Of a stretch of DNA of 64,000 bases, positions 57,504 to 64,000 are shown one piece after another. The notes under the pieces are model-generated. The model was not told where the DNA came from, searched no databases, and was given only the letters and a program-made list of their open reading frames with translations. This DNA comes from Thalassobaculaceae bacterium (GTDB lineage Bacteria > Pseudomonadota > Alphaproteobacteria > Thalassobaculales > Thalassobaculaceae). The position numbers were made by a program, and so were the translations under genes. Every line of letters begins with the position of its first letter. The stretch's first letter is position 1. The stretch covers positions 2,400,616 to 2,464,615 of the forward strand of contig OZ245843.1 in NCBI GenBank assembly GCA_965228875.1, given 5' to 3'.

Positions 57504-58043
57504 CGCGCCACCCTCCGGCGGAGGCTACCGCCGGCTCTTCGAAGACCGCCGCCCGCCACGGTTGGACATTGTCCGTCGCCGCGGGGCGGTCTGCTGTCCC
57601 TGATCTGCTGTGTCACTGCCGGGCCGGGTCGTTGTCGATACTACCCACGAGGTTGACGGCTTCCCGGTCAATCCACCGTACAGCACGTTTCTGATTTCCG
57701 ACCGAGCGTGCGTATCTGCGCGTTTCCGACCGTCGCGCTACCGACGGCGCGTGCGGAATCATGCGCGCCCCAGATCGAAGGCCCCCGGCTTACCGGGCTG
57801 TCGACTGGAGCGACCGACCGGTCCGGCATCCGCGGACCAGACGCGGTACGATCGCCTTGCCGATCCGCCTCGGAAGAACGATTCGCATCCGATCCGGAGA
57901 CTGTTTGACCGGTTCGTTCTATTTGCCGGGGGGCACCTAGGATTATCGGAACGGTCTTTATATTTTCCGCAATGTCGGGGCGAACGGTGCGCCGGACGCC
58001 CGGAAAATCAGCAGCGGTCGATGTAGATCGGCAGAGGAGAGTC

Positions 58044-59018
58044 ATGAGAACGCTACTCGCAACAGTTCTTGGCCTGGCGGCGCTGGTCGGGACCGCGCTT
58101 GCCGGGACGCCGTCCGCTTCGGCGACGGAAACGGTGTCGCCGTTGGTGAGCGCCGAGTGGGTCAGGTCCCACCTCGACCGGGATGGCATCGTGTTTCTCG
58201 ACGTCCGCGGCCGGCTCGCCGGCGCGACCCGGGATGACTACCTGGAGGCGCACGTCCCCGGAGCGATCTGGACCGACTACCTCAAGGACGGCTGGCGGGT
58301 ACAGGATACCAACGGCACCGTCGGCCAGCTGCCGTCCGTCGACGCGCTGAGCGCTCTGATCGGCGGCCTCGGGATCGGCAACGACGACCACGTGATCGTC
58401 ATCCCCGCCGGGAACAAGGCCCTCGACATGGGCACCGCCACCCGGATCTACTGGACCTTCAAGGTCCTGGGGCACGATCGCGTTTCGATCCTGAACGGCG
58501 GCATGCGGGCCTACACCGCCGAGCGCGACAAGACGTCCGGCGCGCCCGTCAACCCGCTGGAGAGCGGCGCGATCACGCGACCCGCGAAGACCTTCACCGC
58601 CTCCCTGCGCGAGGACATGCTGGTCAACAAGGCAGACGTCGCGGCGGCCTCGGCCGGCGGAGGCGTGGTCGTCGACAACCGGCCCTACGACCAGTTCCTC
58701 GGAATCAACAAGCACGGCAAGGCCAAACGGGCCGGCACCATTCCGGGGGCACAGAACCTGCCCGAGAACTGGCTTACCGAGAGCGGTGGCGGCACCTTCC
58801 GGGACAAGGCGGCGATCGAGAAGCTGTACAGGCTCGCCGGCGTGCCGACATCGGGCGAGCAGATAACCTTCTGTAATACCGGCCACTGGGCCAGCCTCGG
58901 CTGGTTCGCCTCGCACGAGATCCTCGGGAACCGGGACGCGAAGCTGTACGACGGCTCCATGGTCGAGTGGTCGGCCGATCCGTCGCTGACGGTCCAGTCC
59001 GCCATCGACGCACAATAG
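58044..59018 (+). CDS. Exported tandem-domain rhodanese/sulfurtransferase
   Basis: Signal peptide, LDVR..HVPGA, TIPGA, active loop FCNTGHWA, LYDGSMVEW. Confidence 0.92.
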   Translation: MRTLLATVLGLAALVGTALAGTPSASATETVSPLVSAEWVRSHLDRDGIVFLDVRGRLAGATRDDYLEAHVPGAIWTDYLKDGWRVQDTNGTVGQLPSVDALSALIGGLGIGNDDHVIVIPAGNKALDMGTATRIYWTFKVLGHDRVSILNGGMRAYTAERDKTSGAPVNPLESGAITRPAKTFTASLREDMLVNKADVAAASAGGGVVVDNRPYDQFLGINKHGKAKRAGTIPGAQNLPENWLTESGGGTFRDKAAIEKLYRLAGVPTSGEQITFCNTGHWASLGWFASHEILGNRDAKLYDGSMVEWSADPSLTVQSAIDAQ

Positions 59019-59041
59019 CCGACCGCGCACATCGCCCCAAC

Positions 59042-59077
59042 GCGAGGCGACTGCGACACGCGTCGCGGTCGCCTCGC
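59042..59077. terminator. Long GC hairpin after the rhodanese gene (terminator or mRNA-stabilising element)
   Basis: GCGAGGCGACTGCGAC-ACGC-GTCGCGGTCGCCTCGC, 16-bp stem with one G-U pair; only a short T run follows. Confidence 0.55.
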
Positions 59078-59173
59078 TTGCATCGGCCCCGACGGACAAT
59101 CGCTCCGGCGTCGCGCCGCGCTGAACATCCGCCTGAGGAACCGGCTGAGCGACCGGGCGGGCCCAGCATGTCC

Positions 59174-59205
59174 AAACCCAGGGCCGCATAAACCCAGGGC
59201 CGCAT
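59174..59205. repeat. Perfect 16-bp tandem duplication (AAACCCAGGGCCGCAT x2)
   Basis: Seen directly in the sequence. Confidence 0.9.
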
Positions 59206-59389
59206 CGCGGATAGGCAGCGTGTGCCAGCTTCATGAGCGCCGCGGTACCTTGTTCCCGATCACGCCGTTTGGCCGCTCCTCTTCGCCATCCCCACGCCAT
59301 GCCGCCGACTATCCCGGCGCATCAGCACCGAAGAAATGCCCGTTCGTGTTCAGGTGTACCGCCCGACGGTCTCCGTTGAACGCCCAAGG

Positions 59390-59599
59390 GAAGCCGGCGT
59401 TCGTGGGTTGGCAAAAAATTTCTGTAATATCAAAGACCTAGAGACTGTCTTCATTATGACGCTGTTCTACGAACAGCTTCTCTCCGGGGTGCCTCCCGAC
59501 ACCGCGCTGCAGCAGGCGATGCTGCTGGCCCTGCACGACCCGGATTACGCTCACCCGTACTTCTGGGCACCTTTCCAGTATACCGGCCTGGCGGTGTAG
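59390..59599 (+). pseudogene. C-terminal remnant of a CHAT (caspase-like) domain protein
   Basis: EAGVRG..FCNIKDLET..MTLFYEQL..ALQQAML..HPYFWAPFQYTG matches the CHAT C-terminus (AG..SLWxVxD..T..M..FY..AL..A..HPY.WA.F...G). The catalytic HG and SAC motifs are absent. Confidence 0.8.
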
Positions 59600-59721
59600 C
59601 GCCGGTCACCGGCTGTCCCGTTGGACGAATTGACAACGATGGGATGTGGCAACACCATGCCCGTTTGGAGGGGGGCACGCGTCTGTTCCGCCCCTCCCCG
59701 GACAGAGCGTTTCGGCCGGCG

Positions 59722-59756
59722 ACAGCCCCTATAGTGAGACGGCCCCTATAGTGAGA
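59722..59756. repeat. 17-bp tandem repeat AC(A/G)GCCCCTATAGTGAG x2 upstream of the OmpA gene
   Basis: Seen directly in the sequence, ending just before the SD GGAGG. Confidence 0.9.
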
Positions 59757-59766
59757 TGGAGGCCCC

Positions 59767-60501
59767 ATGAAAACGAGCAGGAGGAGTTCCGAGATGCGTA
59801 TCCGTCGGACCGGCATTGTTGTCGCGACCGTCGCCGCCATGCTGTCGCTCGCACACACGGATCGCGTCGCCGCTCAGGAGTCCCAGATTCCGGCATTCGG
59901 GAGCGATGCGACCAAGGACGACATCATGCGGTATCTGCTGTCGCCGTCCCCGACGCCCGAGGCCCCGACGCCCGAGGCGCCGACATCCGAGGCGCCGGCA
60001 TCCAAGGCGAGCGGCGCGACGAGGATGGAGGAACTGAAGCGGAAGCTGAATGACCTCGACAAGACCAAGATTCGTGGAGGCACGTTGGTCCCCGTACGCC
60101 CGGAAACGCCAAACCCGGTCACGCCGGCGAAGACCACACCGGTCTGCACGGCGGCCGACAAGGCATTCGCATCTCCCGTCGAGTTCGCTACCGGTTCTTA
60201 CTACCTGGAGAAGACGACGCTCGTGATGCTGGGGACCGTGGCCGAAGTGATGCGCGACCCATCCTTCGACGACTGCATGTTCGTCGTTCAGGGGCATACC
60301 GACTCGACCGGCGACGCGTACAAGAATGTCATTCTGTCGCAGAATCGCGCCGGCATGGTCGGCGAGTACCTAGTCAGTTCAGGGATTCCGCGGAGCCGTA
60401 TCATCATGGAAGGAAAAGGCAGCACGGCTCCCAGGAATCCTGCCAATCCGGCCGCCGGCGAGAACAGACGGGTCGAGTTCTTCTTCGCAAACCCCTACTG
60501 A
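59767..60501 (+). CDS. OmpA/MotB-like peptidoglycan-binding domain protein
   Basis: Signal-like N-terminus, FATGS, GHTDSTG..N..LS..RA, ENRRVEF. Start is 59767 or 59794. Confidence 0.92.
   Translation: MKTSRRSSEMRIRRTGIVVATVAAMLSLAHTDRVAAQESQIPAFGSDATKDDIMRYLLSPSPTPEAPTPEAPTSEAPASKASGATRMEELKRKLNDLDKTKIRGGTLVPVRPETPNPVTPAKTTPVCTAADKAFASPVEFATGSYYLEKTTLVMLGTVAEVMRDPSFDDCMFVVQGHTDSTGDAYKNVILSQNRAGMVGEYLVSSGIPRSRIIMEGKGSTAPRNPANPAAGENRRVEFFFANPY
59950..60009 (+). repeat. 15-bp in-frame tandem repeat x4 (PTPEA-like linker)
   Basis: CCGACGCCCGAGGCC / CCGACGCCCGAGGCG / CCGACATCCGAGGCG / CCGGCATCCAAGGCG. Confidence 0.9.
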
Positions 60502-60743
60502 CCGCCACGACGGCCCAAATCTGGGCCGCAAGGCGTCCGCTGAGCCTCTGCTGCCCTGCGTGGCCGCGGCGGAGGCCGCCCGGACCGTCGAACGAGTGTG
60601 TCTCGGCATAGGGGAGCAGGAGGTCGGCACCACCGATAGGCGAGAGAATTGCCCGTTGCAAAATCTTGCGCTGTCGGCCACGTTTGCCGCTTCGCCGATG
60701 CCGGCAGGAGTGAGCGCGGCGAGGCCCGGTTCAGGTTGGTCGA

Positions 60744-61664
60744 GTGACGACGCTATCAGACATCCGCGCGCCGACGGGTTCTCCGGTCGTCTGGTATCTG
60801 CTTTCCGCCTTCCTGTTCGCGGTCATGCTGGCGCTGTTCAAGTGGCTGGGACAGACCCTGCCGACCGCCCAGCTTCTGTTGCTGCGTCAGCTCGGGGTCA
60901 TGGCGATCCTGATCCCGGCGATCGTTACCTCCCGAGGCGGCGTGCTGTGGCCCGAACGGCCGGTGCTCAACCTGATACGCGGGCTGCTGTCGGCCGGGGC
61001 CATGATCGTCGGGTTCACCGCCGTCGTTCACCTGCCGCTGGCGGAATCCACCACGCTGAACTTCACCAAGGTGTTCTTCGTCGTTCTGCTCGGCGGGCTG
61101 CTTCTGCGCGAGACGGTCACGCCGGCCCGATGGGGAGCGATGGCGCTCGGCTTCGCCGGCGTCGCCGTGGTGCTGGCACCGGATACCGCCGCCATGGTCG
61201 ATCCGATGGCCGCCCTGGCCCTGCTCGCGGCGTTCCTGACCGCCTGCACCATGATCGTGGTGCGCAAGCTTGCCCAGGTCGAACGCACCACCACCATGAT
61301 GATCTGGCTGTCGGCGGTGGTGCTGGCCATCGTGGCGGTGCCGGGCCTGTCCGGCTGGATCGCGCCGAGCCCGCTCGAGTGGGCGCTGATCGGCATCCTG
61401 TGCCTGCTGATGGGCGCGGTGCAGTGGACCATGATCCACGCCCATCGGGCGGCCGAAGCCTCGGCCCTCTCGCCGCTCGAGTACACCCGGCTGATCTATG
61501 CCTCGGCCTTCGGATTCCTGCTGTTCGGACACGTACCCGGGGGCGACACGCTGGTCGGCGCCGCGCTGATCGTCGCCGCTGCGATCTGGGTCCGCTGGAG
61601 CAGCCGTCCCGGCAACCAACCGGAGACGGCGGAGACCGCCGTCGACCCGTCCGAGCGCCAGTAA
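60744..61664 (+). CDS. DMT/EamA family transporter
   Basis: About 10 hydrophobic segments, LPLAE.T.L.F, LL.E.V..RW, EAS.LSPLEY. Confidence 0.92.
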   Translation: MTTLSDIRAPTGSPVVWYLLSAFLFAVMLALFKWLGQTLPTAQLLLLRQLGVMAILIPAIVTSRGGVLWPERPVLNLIRGLLSAGAMIVGFTAVVHLPLAESTTLNFTKVFFVVLLGGLLLRETVTPARWGAMALGFAGVAVVLAPDTAAMVDPMAALALLAAFLTACTMIVVRKLAQVERTTTMMIWLSAVVLAIVAVPGLSGWIAPSPLEWALIGILCLLMGAVQWTMIHAHRAAEASALSPLEYTRLIYASAFGFLLFGHVPGGDTLVGAALIVAAAIWVRWSSRPGNQPETAETAVDPSERQ

Positions 61665-61843
61665 CGTTTGCTCAAGGATTGAGGCCTATCGTGGCCATGC
61701 GTTGAGACACGCGTTTGACAGTGGCCGTCGGCCCTGCAGATCGGTACAATACGAGTTAAATGGAGTCCGCAATGGCGGTGATCCCGGCACGGTTTAGAAC
61801 CGCCGGAGCGGCCGGCTCGCAGAGACGTGGGGACCTGTCCGCC

Positions 61844-62737
61844 ATGACCTTCTCGATGATCGAAGTCAGAACCCGGTGGATCGGCGAGGACGGGCGCGAC
61901 ACGACGCCCTATGAGCTGTTCGGGAAGGTCAACGACCCGATCGCCCATTTCGTCCTGCACACCCTGGGCTGGATCCGCATCAACTATTTCGGCCAGACCT
62001 TCGAGGTATCGCTCGACCCGCGATCGGTTCGCACCACGGCCGTCAACCGCTTCGTCGCCTGGATGCAGGAGATGCACGCGGACTCCGAGCGTCCGTGGCT
62101 GGTCAAGATCTCGGCTTTCACCGGCCGGGACTGGATCTCCGCCGCCGATACCGTGCCGGACGGGATCATCGCCTTCCTCGATCGGATCCTGGAGTTCGGC
62201 AAGCCGCCGGCGGTTCCGGAGACCCTGCAGGTCACCGACTGCCCGCTGGAGCATGCGGGTTCCTTCGGGGTCGAGGCGGTCAATACCGTCATCTCCCGGT
62301 GGCGCGAGGCCCAGCAGGGAATATCGATCGACGACCCGGCGGTGCGGGCCCTGCTCGCCATCCAGAAGCCGGGCTGCACGGTGAAGATTCTCAGCCGCGA
62401 CAGCGTTGGACGGGTCGTGTTCGGCACATACACCCCCTCGCTGACGACCCTCTGGTCGAAGGACTCCTGGGGACGCTTCTCCGGCGCGCCGGTCAGCGAG
62501 GTGGTGCCGGACCGCGCGCTCGGATCGGCCGTCGAGCTCTCGGCCCGTCTGGCGATGGATACCGGCCAGGCCCGGGTCGAGACCTGGGAGGGTCCGGTGC
62601 TTTCGTCCTCGGGGGTGATCGCGGACCTGGCCTGGGATCGCCTGACGCTGCCCCTGACGGCCCGTCGGCCGAACGACGCGGTGCTGGTGGTGACCCATCG
62701 CCTGTCGCCGGTCGCCGACGGTCGACTCGCCGGATGA
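61844..62737 (+). CDS. Hypothetical protein with a putative C-terminal PAS-like domain
   Basis: Clean ORF. The C-terminus (RW...G..V.E..PD...A..TG.....WDRLTLPL...VLVV) resembles alphaproteobacterial PAS_5-like folds. Start uncertain (61760-61856). Confidence 0.7.
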   Translation: MTFSMIEVRTRWIGEDGRDTTPYELFGKVNDPIAHFVLHTLGWIRINYFGQTFEVSLDPRSVRTTAVNRFVAWMQEMHADSERPWLVKISAFTGRDWISAADTVPDGIIAFLDRILEFGKPPAVPETLQVTDCPLEHAGSFGVEAVNTVISRWREAQQGISIDDPAVRALLAIQKPGCTVKILSRDSVGRVVFGTYTPSLTTLWSKDSWGRFSGAPVSEVVPDRALGSAVELSARLAMDTGQARVETWEGPVLSSSGVIADLAWDRLTLPLTARRPNDAVLVVTHRLSPVADGRLAG

Positions 62738-62825
62738 ACTGACGTTCCGGCGATCTTTCCTACCCCGGTGGAACCAAAGTGAATAACAATCACCCCTTCT
62801 CCTTCATCGGATGCAGGGGTGCACC

Positions 62826-63653
62826 ATGTACAGCTATGCCAGCCCATCACTGAAGCCGTCGACCTATCCGTTCCTGACGGCGATCGACGCAATCCATCCC
62901 GAACACGAGGCCTCGCGAGACCTCATGGCCCGGTCGGCCATGGCGCTTCAGGCCGATCTCGACCAGTACGGCTTCAGCCTCGACGTGGTCACGGACGTCC
63001 ACGAGTTCACCGACATCGTGCGCTCGGTCGGCAAGTTCGTGCCCAACGCCTTCGATCCGAAGATGAAGCCGTCGCGGCCGGGCGACGTGTTCGGCCTCGT
63101 CCTGCGCGACGCCGACGGCAAGGTGGCGGCGACCAACGGCTGCCGGCTCTATCGACTGGGCGTGACCACCCTGGCCGATCACCTCGCGACACTGGCCCTG
63201 TTCTACGCCAATCCGGTCGAGCAGATGGCGCGGGGCGAGCGTCTGGCCATCGACGGGCCGGCGAACGACTACGCCATGACCATCGATGACAAGGCGATCT
63301 GGGTCGGATGCTTCTGGGTCCGACCGGACCTGCGCAAGGCCGCGTCGAATGCCAGCTACGTGCTGCCGTTCGCGGCGCGGTTCCTCGGGGCGGCCTGGTG
63401 GGGCAAGCTGATCACCTTCTCGATCGTCGAGGCCTGGGCCCGGAAATCCCACGCGCAGAAGCGCCTGGGCGAGCCGGACGTCTACGAGCACATCCGCTGG
63501 TTCCGCCCGCACATCCCGGAGCGGACCGACATGGTGCTGATGGTCACCGAGCCCGACGTGGCGATCGAACGCTGCGAAAAGTATCTAAACGGCGAGGGCC
63601 GGTTCTTTGTCGCTCCGACCGATCCGGAGACGGTGGTTTCCGCCGGAGGCTGA
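62826..63653 (+). CDS. Hypothetical protein, putative GNAT/acyltransferase-like fold
   Basis: LRDADGKVAAT..CRL and WVGCFWVRPDLRK resemble GNAT strand and motif A. Confidence 0.7.
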   Translation: MYSYASPSLKPSTYPFLTAIDAIHPEHEASRDLMARSAMALQADLDQYGFSLDVVTDVHEFTDIVRSVGKFVPNAFDPKMKPSRPGDVFGLVLRDADGKVAATNGCRLYRLGVTTLADHLATLALFYANPVEQMARGERLAIDGPANDYAMTIDDKAIWVGCFWVRPDLRKAASNASYVLPFAARFLGAAWWGKLITFSIVEAWARKSHAQKRLGEPDVYEHIRWFRPHIPERTDMVLMVTEPDVAIERCEKYLNGEGRFFVAPTDPETVVSAGG

Positions 63654-63798
63654 TCCGAAGAACCGGCTGCTGACGTAGGGAGCGGTGCGGACGCGATACG
63701 GTCCGCGCCGCGGGGTGCGTCATGTGCGACGGGCGCCCGGAGGGTCTGCTATGGTTGCGTCCGACCGGGACGGGGACGGACACTGTTCGGAGGTGCAC

Positions 63799-64000
63799 GT
63801 GACGCGCATCGTATCGTTGCCGGCGCTGCTGGCGCTGTTTCTGTTCGGCCTGACTGCCGCCGGCCCGGCCCGCTCGACGACCGGCCCGGTCCGCGCCACC
63901 TACGACGTCTATTTCGGCGGCCTGCACATTCTGTCGGCCGAGTCCGAGTTCAATCCGGCGGCGGCCGAATACGCCGTCATCGCCAGAGCGCGGACCCAGG
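63799..64000 (+). CDS. DUF3108-like exported protein (3' end lies outside the window)
   Basis: SD GGAGG and GTG start; signal peptide followed by YDVYFGGLHI..Y....ARTQG. Not in the ORF track because it has no stop in the window. Confidence 0.75.
   Translation, partial: MTRIVSLPALLALFLFGLTAAGPARSTTGPVRATYDVYFGGLHILSAESEFNPAAAEYAVIARARTQ

Noticed and set aside
57610..58026. Short ORFs in the RTX-rhodanese spacer
   Set aside because: Arg/Pro-rich, no SD or motifs; likely non-coding.
59411..59440. AT-rich IHF-like site (TATCAA-N4-CTA) as a mobile-element end
   Set aside because: It has one mismatch to the consensus, and the same bases are explained as the eroded CHAT coding motif (NFCNIKDL); no recombinase is nearby.

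Overview
High-GC alphaproteobacterial chromosome segment. Gene order and protein style suggest Rhodospirillales, possibly Thalassobaculum-like (inference). About 17-51 kb is the core transcription/translation supercluster on the minus strand: tRNA-Tyr, tuf, tRNA-Trp, secE, nusG, rplKAJL, rpoBC, rpsLG, fusA, tuf, then the S10/spc genes, secY, adk, rpsMK, rpoA and rplQ. The left part holds a 5'-truncated PAS hybrid kinase, msrA with a ChrR-like cupin, an SDR, a GFA protein, acylphosphatase, pccBA and the degQ-rarA-crcB-rluC-HAD-ATP12 cluster. The right part holds rlmB, a large hypothetical, a puuE-like gene and tRNA-Thr, followed by an accessory block: RTX protein, exported rhodanese, a decayed CHAT-protease remnant, an OmpA-domain protein, a DMT transporter, an uncharacterised PAS-like plus GNAT-like gene pair, and a partial DUF3108 gene. 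No CRISPR array, integrase, transposase or rRNA is visible. The most notable observations are: (1) RpsL carries Arg (codon AGG) at the Lys43 streptomycin-resistance position; (2) a LysE gene splits tuf from rpsJ, with a terminator after tuf and a separate rpsJ promoter; (3) the orphan PAS-like/GNAT-like pair is the best candidate for an undescribed signalling module; (4) the CHAT remnant-OmpA locus has tandem repeats. All calls come from reading the sequence and recognising motifs; no database searches were run.
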